NCBI GenBank assembly: GCA_951406725.2
Contig: OX597818.1
Span: 101,618,001 to 101,682,000, forward strand
DNA: 64,000 nucleotides
Direction of reading: 5' to 3'
From: Octopus vulgaris
Lineage: Eukaryota
This document shows positions 27,988 through 41,239 of the stretch, piece after piece. The notes below the pieces were generated by a model, which worked only from the letters and a program-made list of their open reading frames with translations, made no database searches and was not told the DNA's origin. The translations under genes and the position numbers were made by a program. The number at the start of each line of letters is the position of its first letter. Positions within the stretch are counted from its first letter, which is position 1.

Positions 27988-29358
27988 TTGGATGCTTTCA
28001 ACAAAAAGCCATGGGGACCAACACCGGTTGTCAACCGAAGGTGGGTAACAAACAAAGACAAAGAAACGCACACCTAAATAGACAAACAAAGTATCAAGTG
28101 ACTGTAGTCTAATGACTGAAACAAGGAAAAGATAAATGATATACAAATGCATACATATTTTCACACATGCATACGCACCCCACCAATCACACGCACACAC
28201 GATGGATTGGTAGATAGTATTATCCTTTGTACGTATTGCTATACATTTCAATATTTATATGCTGCTTCATTCCAAAAATGCCTTTTCGACAGGGAAGATC
28301 TTTTATGGTTGAATTTTCTAAACATATTCAATGGATAGATATCGTGCGTTATTCTGTATCATACTATGCAATAATATCGAAATGGTGACATGTTTTATTG
28401 TATTTACCTATTTTTCAGGCTTTTCAATGTCGATATTTGCAATATCCTAACACCTATTTGCAATATTTTCAATGCATTGAATGCCTTATTCTCTCTTCTC
28501 TTTATATCATGTTAAAGAAACTACCTGTAAGCACATGCTGAGTAAACTTATTTAAAAACGCCTAAATTTATCTTGAATTCCTGATAGCTGCTGCCAAGGA
28601 AATTTGCTATCCACCTGCGATACTTATTAATTGTTGTTTTAACAAATGACGTCTGTAAGAGGATTTTATCTCAGAAAAATCGCACAAGCAACTTGTCTTT
28701 CAATGGTGTATATACGTTAAGTCTAATACATATATGACTATGTTATTTTAATGCTGTTTCAATTACTTAACCGGTTTCAGGGATTGCGGAAAAGAACTAG
28801 ATGTTGCCATCTTAATTCCAAGTATGTAACACAATGCATTATTCGTCCTTTCAACATTACATTTTGTGAACAAACCACATTTCAAATATTTGGTTATAAT
28901 TTATGTACTATACAAATATATCAAGGTGTTTGCTAGTCACTGAAGGTGCAAATTTCGGTCGTTTAATTCTCACAAATACAATGATGTACTCTCACTTAAA
29001 TTCATAGGTCTCTACTAGAGATGTATAGAATATTAGAATATTTTACCCTTGTATACAATGAAAATTGCACATGACTATATTGAATAGAATTTGCTTTAGA
29101 ACTTGCTCTGCAATATATATGTTTATAACCAACATTCAGCTACATACGTCGAGGACTCAAACCTATTTTACAATAAATTCTGCTACAACTAGTTGATAGG
29201 GATCCCCTTGCTAATGGTTAAATATTTCTTATAATATTATTCTGTGATAATAACCACATAATGTTTAGAGTCGCGGTTAAAGGATAGAACGACTTTTTAA
29301 AATTAAAATTTTTATGTGCAGGTACAATACGAATGAAATGTATACAACGTCGAGATAT

Positions 29359-29785
29359 GGCGGTACTCCGTCGGTTACTACAACGAGTGTTTCAGTTGAT
29401 CCGATCAACGGAACAGCCTGGTCGTGATCTCAATTTGCAAGTGGCCGAGCACTCCACAGACAGGTGTACCCTTAACGTAGTTCTCGGGGAGATTCAGTGT
29501 TATACAGAGTGTGACAAGGCTGGCCCTTTGAAATACATGTACAGCAGAAACAGGAAGAAAGAGTGAGAGAAAGGTGTGGTGAAAAAATACAGCAGAAACA
29601 GGAAGAAAGAGAGAGAGAAAGGTGTGGTGAAAAAATACAGAAAAAAGTTCACCACCACCCCTTGCCGGAGCCTCGTTGAGCTTTAGATGTTTTTGCTCAA
29701 TAAACAACTCACAACGCCCGGTCTTGGAATCGAATCGGCGATCCTAAGACCTAAGACCGCGAGTGCGCTGCTCTAACCAGTGGGC
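29359..29785 (-). mobile_element. tRNA-derived SINE family C with a 14-bp target-site duplication
   Basis: Head GGCCCACTGGTTAGAGC...GATTCGATTCC. CAACGTCGAGATAT occurs at 29345-29358 and 29786-29799. Internal 48-bp tandem duplication at 29540-29635. Confidence 0.85.
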
Positions 29786-30519
29786 CAACGTCGAGATATA
29801 CTTACCTAATAACTGATCCAAATATTCAAGATTTTGGAGTGAAAAAGGTAAGATCAAAACTATAGTTCTAGACGAAATTGCCTACTTTTCATTTAATTTG
29901 GACATTTAATATAATAACAGTTTTAATTTTTAGACCAATGTTCTGGACATTTGGCCACCACTGTAAACGAACTTCACTTGACAAGATCGGATTTTATTAC
30001 GAGGGTGGGTGATGATGTCTCAAACATGAAGAAGATGCAACAAAATCTTACACCAGCTACATATGCCTTACCATGCCGTTATTGAATCACTTATAGCAGT
30101 ACACAAAACAGTCTACACTTCATCTATGATAATGTGGCACTGAACTTTTGAGTAATATTTAACTGTCTAGCATCGATAGCGCTGCTATCAAGATTAACAA
30201 TATAGAAGATATTACTGTCATAATAACAATGAGTTACTTTTTTCAGTGAAATCAGCACTGCTTGCAATGAGCAACACTAGATTTCTTCGATTAAGGACTT
30301 CAAATAATCTACAGAACAATCAACAAACTGCAAACTGGCACTTGTAGGAAAAAAAAGACATGCAGAATGATGAACAGCGATCTATGAACATCAACGAAGT
30401 GAATCTTCATCATCGAATGAATAATAAACTCGATTCCAGATTTAATATGAGCATTTTTTTAGTCCTGTTTGTTCATACCTACATACATACATTCAAACAT
30501 GCATGTACGCGCGCATACA

Positions 30520-30574
30520 CACTCACACACACGCATAATATATAAACACACACACACACACATATATATATATA

Positions 30575-30622
<48 letters not shown>

Positions 30623-30722
30623 TATATGCATATATGTATGCATGTATGTATGTATGTATGTATGTACATAAGCATGTATGTAAATATATATTTATATATA
30701 AGCTTATGTATACATACGATCA

Positions 30723-30773
<51 letters not shown>

Positions 30774-31051
30774 GCGTGTGCGTGTGTATTTTGTATGTAT
30801 GAGTATATACATACACACGCACAGACGTACAAGAGTGTGTGAGCCTGTACGTCGAAATTTAATTGCATTTATGCATGCGGTAAAAAAAATACTTGAAATA
30901 TGAAACCTATATTAAAAATTTGCCCATTAATCAATTTCTTATTCAATTTGATAATAGAAATTTCAAAGTGCATTCAATATACGCGCAGGAAATTATATTA
31001 CGAGAACCACACGCAAAAAATCATATATGCGTATATACATGTACATATTAT

Positions 31052-31095
<44 letters not shown>

Positions 31096-31285
31096 ATGTA
31101 TACATATATATATATACACACACACATATATATATATATATATATTACATATATACATCTATACATGCATATGCATGCATAGACACAGTAATACACGCGC
31201 ACACATGCACACTTATATATTCATATATAAGCATGTATGTACATATATATAAATGTGTGTGTGTGTGTTTATGTATGTATGTATA
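30520..31285. repeat. (TA)n/(CA)n/(TATG)n microsatellite cluster
   Basis: Directly visible. Confidence 0.9.
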
Positions 31286-33028
31286 TTCGCATATGCTATT
31301 ATTACGCACGCTGAGAACGGTTTGCGATATCACAATTCATCTCTCCTTCAATTTCACTCGCTTAAGTATCTGATTTCCCCCCTTAAATCACATTTTCGCT
31401 TTAATGTTCTATTCTCAATTGTTTCTTTTAATGAATCTCCTACTTTTCACTTAACCGTGAATCACACACTATGCCATTTCGAATGTCAATATCTCCATTT
31501 CAACTACTTTTGCTTTTGGGCTGTTTTTTTCTGCGATTTAACATGCGGTCTTTCATATACTGCCAATCTTTTCCGACAGAATATTCGCATACGCACGTAA
31601 TCATATATTCGATCGCATGCACATCCATGCAAAAAGGTATGTACTCCTAACACACTTACTCGCACAAACATAGATACAGATATACTCATGTATATTTCTA
31701 CTTTCATACATGACTATATAATATATATATATATATATAAATATAGGTGTGATTTTATGGGCATGCATGAATTTGCATCTGAAATGCGCATTTATAAAAA
31801 AAAAATTAAATATATTTAATTAAATCACGAGTCCATTTGTACATCGACCTTATCGAAAATATGTATATGACAAGATTCAATCTTAGTGTTGATGCACAGA
31901 AACTTATATTTATTCATTAAATTTACTTCCTATCTCCACTGCAAACCCTATACACAATGCAACGGAATGTAATTAAACAAAAAAAGCAAAGACATGAACG
32001 GTAAGAGTGGATAAGGAATCGACGACTTGATATTCCATTCAATAATATACACAAATCCACGCGTATAATAATACAAACGTACCCAAACACAGATCCATAC
32101 ACGAAAATATGAATAGATACATGAATGCAGGAATAAATGTATATTTACCGTTACATTGTACTAAAAGTTCTTAAATCTACCCGATTTAATATCACATAAA
32201 TTAAGAATCCTGTTCAAAAAGTATAATTCCGTCTATCAATGTAGATATGTCAGCATATCCTTGAATATGTTACCGAGTATATGTGTGAGTGTGTATGTGC
32301 ATGTAAAAAGTAAGAGTTGTCAGGTACGTATTTGAAAATGTAAAAATATATTTTGTTTTTCAAACATTATCTGATATGAATCGCAAGAGTCAAGTTACTT
32401 TTAATCACAAACTGTTCTGATATACTGGAACGCAAACTCATGTATGAGCGAGACATTTTCATTTGCATATTCACACCAACACACACACACACATATGGAT
32501 AGAGGGATCCATATATGTATGTATATGTGTGTGTAGGCGCAAAGCTTAATCGGATATAATTGCGAGGTCCTGCTGTGTGGCTTATAATTCCCAGGCCTTG
32601 ACCCCACAAGTTTTGTCGGTGCAGCCTCGTGACCTACAATAAGGAAACGCTACTTTCCAAATCCGGCAATACAGCGGATTCTGTGTTCATTTCCACCTTC
32701 GAGACATTGAAGAGTTGGAGACATTTCTTGGTACATCTCGTTAAGTTTGTTGATATAGAGGACGTTGTCAGTGTTTTGGCTGAAATGCATTATTTAAAAA
32801 AAATGTGTAAGTAAATTATACGAGAAAAAGTTGGAAAAAAGTTCAGTTCTCCCCTTAAAGGGAGACTTTCTTGACTCGATACGTCCCCTGATAAGAAGGC
32901 TCAGAGTCGGTAACACACAAATATTCAAAAACATAACACAATTTAGGTTGACACATTGCAAAACTCACAAAAGGAAAAATATCACGTCATTTCGGTCGAA
33001 ATTGTCGCCATCTACGACGGGAGAGTTC

Positions 33029-33067
<39 letters not shown>

Positions 33068-34203
33068 GCAGAATAGTAAGTGCTAACTTAGAGATTGAAG
33101 GTTGGTTTTAGTGATCAATGGGTAACGTTTGACCAAGGATGATGCAAGATTGGTTGATCGAAATGTTGCTATATTGAACAGAAGGTGTGTTTGTGAGAAA
33201 GACAGAAATATAGATAGTGAGAGAGTGTTAATTAGATAGATAAATAGATAGGTATGTTGATATGTATAAATAAATAGATAGATAGGTATGTTGATATGTA
33301 GCAGGGGGCCGTTACAAGAATCGCACGCGCAATGCAGGTGAGAGTACAATATAGATGCCGGTGAAGAATGTAAATTTGACTAGTCGTCCGAACGGAAGAG
33401 TGATGTAAAATAAGGATGGCGAGTGCAGTATTTTGGGTGAAGTACGGATATCGCTGGAAAATGTTATCGAAATAATCAGAAAGATTAGTGCAAACGTCTC
33501 GAAAATGGATGCATAATTTTATATCGTACTAGATACATTATCCATACACAACGATGGCAATAATATTGTTGGAGAGCCTTGTGACAAGATGTCAATTTGT
33601 TAAGATATAAGTAAATGTATATGTGTACAAAGGAAAAGATTTGTACTCTTCAACAAGTCGATCTGCTTTTGAAACATTAATATGAAAATGCGGCAATTCT
33701 GGATTTGGTTGAGTGTATCAAGAAAAGATATACTGAAAAATGGGGGCCGAATGGTAAAGGGAATTGGTATTTAAAAACAATATATATATATATTGCGATT
33801 CATTTAAATAATGTCCACAAATATGTGTAGAATCTGCCCAGCAACTATATTAAGTTCATTATTGAATTTAGTTTAAAGTAATTATTTACTGATACCTATA
33901 TGTGGAAAACTAAGGAACACGTATTTTAAAATACTATACGGAAAAAAAGAATACAAGTTTTGTTAAAGGCATGCAGAAAGGTAAAAACAGAATAAATTAC
34001 AGATCGAAGAAGTGGTACCTGCAATGATCCGAACCGTTCCAGCTGATTGCAGGACATGTGGAATTGACGAGCGAATCGCGGTAAACTTATTTGTAAAAAG
34101 GATATCCTCTCTATTCCTGAAAATTTCGACAACAATTAACTTTCGTCTGCATTTGTAAGTTCGCATGAATGACAATAATTGATATTGAGAATACCGATTT
34201 TAC

Positions 34204-34592
34204 TTCTGGCACAAGGCCAACACGTTCGCCTCGTTCATGTGGTACTTGTATTATCAACTTCGAAATGATGAAAGCAAAGTCGACGTTGGCGAAATTCGAA
34301 CACAGAACGTGTAGATGAACGAAATGTCACTAAGCATTTTGACCGGCGTGCTATCGTTTCTTATTTACTTATTGCTCACAAAGGGCTAAACATAGATGGG
34401 ACAAACAAGGACAGACAAAGGGACTAAGTCGATTATATCGACCCCATTGCGTTACAGGTGCTTATTTAATCGACCCCAAAAGGATGAAAGGCAAAGTCGA
34501 CCTCGGTGGAATTTGAACTCAGAACGTAACGGCAGACGAAATACGGCTAAGCATTTCGACTGGCGTGCTAACTTTTCTGCCAGCTCGCCGCC
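34204..34592 (-). mobile_element. SINE family A, composite (dimer)
   Basis: Reverse complement of the 22905 and 43941 structure: CCAGCTCGCCGCC head and two GGATGAAAGGCAAAGTCGACC-like cores. Confidence 0.85.
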
Positions 34593-35759
34593 CTTAGCAG
34601 AGCTATCGGTAGCTACCTTTGGTGGTGCTATCGATTCTGGTAGCCCGCCAGCTTTCATACTGACTGAGACTACTGAAAATAATAACAAAATATATTAAGC
34701 TGCATCTTTTTTTTTTCTAGAGGCTGCATTTCGAACTTAACCTCATATTTGAAAGTTTCACTTGGATATGGATAAAATTTATCACTTCTAGAAAATTAAG
34801 TTAATTTCTTTACAATGTCAGCAGTGGTGTATGTCACTGTATTTCGAAAATTATACGCTCAAAAATTAACATACATGCATTTATCGATATGTAAGAAAAG
34901 TCTTTAACAATTATAGGGCAGCAAATCTTCCATTTATCTTTCTTGTTCTCAGTTAAGAGGAAGAGTTCATTAATGCTGAATATGAAAAGAGTTAATATAA
35001 AATACTCTTAAAGTTTATGCAGGTAAATGTTTATTCATAACCAAGTTTATAAGTGTCTTATGAATATGGAATTACAGAAATATGTGTCTTTATAATTAGT
35101 GAAATGAAATGAAAAACTATTCAAATGCATGCATCTTGCTAACCAATTTTCTGCAGACGGGAAATTTTCTGCAGACTAATTTTACAATTAGTCCGCTTAG
35201 CGCAGCCCTGAGCATGAAGAAATTTAACGGACTGAAAAAACATTTTCTGAATTTATAATATTTTTATAACCACAAAAAAGTTATAAGATATTTTGATACA
35301 CGGCATTAGAAATACTTTACTTGATTTCTCTATCAAAGATTGTTGTGATGTATCTTGCTTAGTGTTGAAGTTATATAACTTGAAGTCGAAAACAGCAATA
35401 TATAAGTTGTCCATGAGGGCAAAGTGCTTTTGGAAGAGACTATTTTATGGAATAAATTTTAATGCTGACATGTTGTTTATTATATTGTCCGTGACTCCAC
35501 CATATCTCATGTCGCAAATATGAATAGAATAATGGTTGAATTTTATTTAGTTTCCCCCTTTAAATGGTAAAAGCAGAAATAGTTTCACACAACTGATACA
35601 CTATCACTGGATATGTACATATATATGATAAAGGAATTCGTCAAAAGTTTGATTTCTCATAATTATACTTGTACATTGTCATCCTTGTGTAACGTACATT
35701 ATGCGTATATGACCAAGTCTCTATCTATCTATGTATCTATCTACTTATCTATATATGTA

Positions 35760-35815
<56 letters not shown>

Positions 35816-35933
35816 AATCAAGGAACGGCCATAATAGGCCATTCACCCACTAGAAATAACAGCCAAAGCTTCAACCGCAAAATTACATTAATTCCGCAAA
35901 CCAGGAGAAAATTAAAAAAACATTTACCCTGTA

Positions 35934-36040
35934 ATTTCTTATACGATGCACCGTTTCATCTCTTGTTTAATGGTAAACTAACCTGATTAAATTAAATCAA
36001 GCCAATCTTCCATAGGCCCTTAGATTCGTCAGTAAGAAAT
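35934..36040 (-). ncRNA. type I hammerhead ribozyme, inverted copy
   Basis: Reverse complement of 36267-36373 with no mismatch seen by eye. Confidence 0.88.
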
Positions 36041-36266
36041 AGCCAGATCGGAACAGATATTTTCACGAGGCACTTCTGTCCCTGCCTCGGCAATATCTGA
36101 CCTAAAATTTTCAAATCATCGCACTCGCGCCAAATTTATCGGCAGCAAATAAATATAAGCCGCGATTCCATTACGGAATCAACCAGAAAATTCATAATTA
36201 ATCAATATAGGGTGGCAAAAACATTTTGTAGAATTGCCTCATGAAAATATCTGTTCCGATCTGGCT

Positions 36267-36373
36267 ATTTCTTACTGACGAATCTAAGGGCCTATGGAAG
36301 ATTGGCTTGATTTAATTTAATCAGGTTAGTTTACCATTAAACAAGAGATGAAACGGTGCATCGTATAAGAAAT
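36267..36373 (+). ncRNA. type I hammerhead ribozyme with intact core
   Basis: Helix I ATTTCTTA(36267-74)/TAAGAAAT(36366-73); CTGACGA(36275-81); helix II closed by ATCT(36282-85)/AGAT(36346-49); GAAA(36350-53); quasi-palindromic helix III ACGGTGCATCGT; GUA triplet (36363-65), with cleavage predicted after 36365. Confidence 0.88.
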
Positions 36374-36593
36374 TACAGGGTAAATGTTTTTTTAATTTTC
36401 TCCTGGTTTGCGGAATTAATGTTATATTGCGGTTGAAGCTTTGGCTGTTATTTCTAGTGGGTGAATGGCCTATTATGGCCGTTCCTGGATTGTGATGTTG
36501 AACTTATAAATGGTCTATGACTATTTAATTTTTTCCCACTAGGCTGCTGGTGGCAAAAAAATTCTACAAAATTTTTTTGGCACCCTATATTGA

Positions 36594-36645
<52 letters not shown>

Positions 36646-36749
36646 AAAAATGTGTGAGATGCTTCGTACAGTTAGGCATCTTTGATAAAAGAAAGTGAAT
36701 GACTTTACTGGTAGTTCTAATCAGTTTAATTTAATATTTAAAATATTTA

Positions 36750-36807
<58 letters not shown>

Positions 36808-36814
36808 GTATATA

Positions 36815-36861
<47 letters not shown>

Positions 36862-37685
36862 TGAGTACCTTACTTACTGTGGTTAACCCCGAATCAACCC
36901 GGGACCTACATATATATATATATATATATATATATACCCGCGACTCCGCCGGAGTCTATAGACGCTTTTCCGAAAGATCGGGACAAAGGATATCATCCCA
37001 ACATTCTGAAAGAATGCGGAACAAAAAAAATCAGACAAGTTGGAAGCCAGAAGGCAGTGAGGAGATGTAAGATGTGGCCATCGCGTCTGACCCGCAAACG
37101 ATGTGTGAGGGTGGGGCAGTTATGAAGTTCAGACTACAAATGTCCGATGCATGTTGGATACCCGTCTCACGAGATCAATTCTCCATGGCCAGGGCTCCAT
37201 TCGCTTAGACGAAGGGAAAAGCACCTCTTTGTAGGTGTTATTAATATATGTTATTAACATACAAATACATTCTCACAGACACACACACACTCACCACACC
37301 ACACAAAGACACACACACACACACACATATATAATAGTAGGTGTGAGAAAAAATGAGTTTCATTGGGAAGGTAAATCCTCATAGGCGTATATGGCATTGC
37401 GCGGCAAAAAATCCTATGAAGAACCACCAGGAACACCTATCAACTATAAAACTCCCCCTTATAAACGAACTAAGAATTCCAAAACTACTCATTTAAAATT
37501 AAACGAATTTGACTAAATAGTGGTAATAACAACACAGTTTCAGCTAATACAAATTCTAATTTAATTTCTAACGAGACTAAGAAACAAACGGAAAGAAATC
37601 GAACCAATAGAATATTAATGTAAACCCTTCCGACGAGAGTAACACCGATCATATAAGAGGACTTAGGGGTAGAAACAGTAGATTC

Positions 37686-38851
37686 CGTAATTATATATGT
37701 TATAACATACTATATAACATAGTGGTTAAGGATAAATTAAGCAATAAAATATTCTCAATAATTTCCAATAACTTCCCACCCACCCATAAGTATAGAAGCA
37801 TCCTCTCAAACCAAACTATTAGGATATCCTACTCAACTCTACCTAACATGAGCTGCCTCATAGCTAAACACAATAATATTAAAATTTGAACAGCTAGATT
37901 AGTGACAAATAATAATGATCACTCGAACCCCAACAATCCAGGCATTAGCATTAGTAGCAGCCAAACCCATAACATTAATCTTAATCATTGTAATAGTCAA
38001 TATAACAATAATCAGGACAGTAACAGTAACACCGAAACTGCTAGTAACAACACCCATCACAACAACACCGGCAGCACTATACCCAATTAATATATATCTA
38101 ACGAAGATAATACTGCTACTACCCTTAATGTGATAGCTCAATCCACATTGAATAATAATTGTAAACTTGATTATACCAATTGTAATAACTATATAACTAG
38201 CACTAATAATAATAACAACGCAGAACACAGTTCCAATATCAGGACTCGAAGCGGAGGAAAGATAGACCAAAACAACTTAAATAGCACCAATAGTGGCAAT
38301 AACAGTAACAACGGCGAAAATACAAGCAGAACTTCCATCCACCACAATAGCAACCTCCACAGTAACCATACACAATTACCTGCCCTAGGACTAATAACAG
38401 ACGGCCGGGAAATGCAACACACGGATGCAACTGCGCAAATGCACCAGCATGTCCCTTACGCGGAAAATATTTAGCTAAAAACGTAATTTATTCCTGTGAA
38501 GTAAGTACCCAATTCAACATACTTACCTACATTGGTTGCTCATCCGTCTGGAAATCCATATTCTATAACCACCGGTCATCCTTTAGGCTCAGACACAAGG
38601 CTAGTAGCACCACTTTATCTAGAAAAAATTGGGAACTTATAGACAATAATATAGATTTTAGCCTTAGGTGGTCCATTATCGGATCAGCTGCGCCTTATAA
38701 AAATAATAGAACAGGGTGCCAACTGTGTTGCGTAGAACTCCAGAATATCTTCAAATTCAAGGAGAAAAACAAATTAATTAATAAAAGATCTGAATTTAAA
38801 CCTTCTTGTACGCATAAATTGACTAAAACCTTCAAATATTACAAGGCTTAG
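37686..38851 (+). mobile_element. Penelope-like element remnant (Naiad-type linker plus GIY-YIG endonuclease), no RT seen
   Basis: NNFPPTHKYRSILSNQTIRISYSTLPNMSCLIAKHN linker, then an Asn/Thr-rich tract, then a stop-free frame 38366-38851: CNC..CPLRG..NVIY..TYIG..YNHRSSF..STTLS..W..WSII..APY..CQLCCVE..LINKRSE..CTH. Confidence 0.85.
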
Positions 38852-39659
38852 GCTCATATACATAAATCTCCAATGTAATATCCTCATATCCACTTACAGC
38901 ATTGTTAACTCCAGCACTTCTCGATTACTCTTCCCCATATCATTTTCCGCTTCTAACTTTGATGTTGAGTCTATTTCCCTGAATTTGTTTCATCCCCCTC
39001 ACCTCTCTTTTATCGCTTATGATTGTTCCCTAATTTCTCCTTTTCCTACCTATGTCTTCCTAACTCCAACCTTTCCTTTCTGATTTTTCCTACCTTTCTG
39101 GGTTTTTATGTTTACATTCACGTTTATTTTTATTTATTTTATAAATTTTTTTACTTTATTTATTGTCAGTTTACTCTCTCAGCCCGATTTTACTTTTATT
39201 TTTTCATTAGTATTTTTTTATCTTCTTTTTACCTTCATTTTCGTCTTATCTTTATTTTCTCCTCTATTTTAAATTTCTTAATCATTTTTAATTTCTTAAT
39301 CTCTAAACCTCTAAAATTTTGTTTAACATGTTCTTCCCTATTTTTATTTCTGTTTTTATTTTTCTCTAATTTTGCCGCATCTTTTTTTTTCTGCTACCCT
39401 TACACATCATTAACTTGCTAATTATTTATTTATAATTTATTTATTTAATTGTTTATAATCGTTACATCAACGTATTCGAGTGAGACATTTAGACTATGTG
39501 GGTTATTTTTGCGTGTGTGCATGAATGAATCTTCGAACGCATAGGTGTGGAGATTTGTATTTTTCGAGAGTCACACGTACCCTTGCGTGGAAGTATGTAC
39601 CTACGCAAATGTACACACACTCGTGCACGCGTGTGTATATGCGAATATGGGCATATATG

Positions 39660-39738
39660 TGCATGTGTGTGTCTATGTGTGTCTATGTGTGTCTATGTGT
39701 GTACCTGTAGATGTGTGTGTATATATATGTATGTATGG

Positions 39739-39774
<36 letters not shown>

Positions 39775-39787
39775 ATATATATGTATG

Positions 39788-39828
<41 letters not shown>

Positions 39829-40196
39829 TACCCTTTTGCTCGAGTGCATAAGGATATATATGCAGGTGTGTGCATGCATGTGAATGGGTGTACAGGTTTC
39901 TGTGCATGTGGGTGTATATAAGCATATGTAAGCATGTGTGTGTACGCATGAACTTGAGTTAACATGTACGGACGCATACATGTGGGTGTATGTGTGTATG
40001 TGTAAGGGTATCATTGTATATGTGTACATATGTAAATGTACATATATATATATATATGTATGCATATGTATATGTGTGTGTAGGGATATATACATATATG
40101 TGTGTGTGTATCTGTGTGTGCGCATGTGCGTGTGTACGTAGGTTTTTGTGTGCAGGTGCATGCACGATTTTCCTTGTGTGTATATGTATATATATA

Positions 40197-40282
<86 letters not shown>

Positions 40283-40555
40283 ATCCCAACAAGAAAGCAC
40301 AAAAAAAACACAACAACGCGAGGATGTGGAACAGATATAGTATTATTGGACGCTCAAGAAAGAAAGAAAGAAGGAGGGTTTAACGTTTCGAGCGGAGCTC
40401 TTCCTTGGAGAAGGATAGATCCAGAGAAGGGAAGACAGGAAAAAATCGCCAACGAGATATATATATATATATATATATATATGTGCGGATTTGTGTATGT
40501 GTAGGGGTATGCATGTATATGTGCATGCGTGCATGTACTTATATATGGGTTTATT

Positions 40556-40616
<61 letters not shown>

Positions 40617-40670
40617 ATATGTATATATATATATATGTACGTGTATATGTATAAATGTATATGTTGATTG
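39660..40670. repeat. (TA)n/(TG)n low-complexity array
   Basis: Directly visible. Confidence 0.9.
40290..40455 (-). mobile_element. short pLTR-like repeat with a degenerate hammerhead core, inserted in (TA)n
   Basis: Minus strand CCAAGGA-A-GAGC-TCC-GCTC-GAAACGTT-AAA. Homologous to 41240-41430 in the opposite orientation. Confidence 0.6.
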
Positions 40671-41080
40671 ATAGTAACACCGTTTCAGACGGTTTTTATC
40701 TGCGAAAGTAGATAAGTATATAGACACACACGTATATACAGACTCATCATACTTAGAGCACGCACCTTAGAATGACCATTCGCCCACTACCATATCGCTC
40801 CCCAGATAATTAAAATTTTATTACGGCACTCACCAAGACATCAAAATCCTAACCCATCATCTCTAACCGCCATGCATTTTTCTGTATCTCTTTATCTTTA
40901 TCTCACTTGATCTTTATCTTCTTTTTTTATTTTTTTATCCTTTTATCCTTTTATTTTTCGTCTTTATTTTTTCGCTTCTTTATTTTTATTTCCTTGTAAT
41001 TTTTTACTTTTTACTTTACTTCTTACCCTTTATGTCTTGTACCTTCTACACTTTCACAATACATTCACCCTGAATTTTTC

Positions 41081-41174
<94 letters not shown>

Positions 41175-41239
41175 TATATGTATACACCCACACACGCACA
41201 CACACACACAATAATCAACACACACACATACACACATAT

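Larger units (their letters stand above)
35811..36496. repeat. near-perfect long inverted repeat (267-bp arms, 152-bp spacer) embedded in (TA)n
   Basis: 35811-36077 is the reverse complement of 36230-36496 with about five mismatches by eye. A second 42-bp inverted pair links 36194-36235 and 36560-36601. Confidence 0.95.

Noticed and set aside
33135-33172. Possible degenerate hammerhead (ATGATGC-AA-GATT..GATC-GAAATGTT)
   Set aside because: Too many core mismatches and no second copy in the window to support it.
37899-38270. Hydrophobic 123-aa minus-strand ORF resembling a membrane protein
   Set aside because: It is the antisense of the AAT/AAC-rich PLE insert; the hydrophobicity is compositional.
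39023-39421. Phe-rich 132-aa ORF
   Set aside because: T-rich low-complexity sequence with no recognisable motif.
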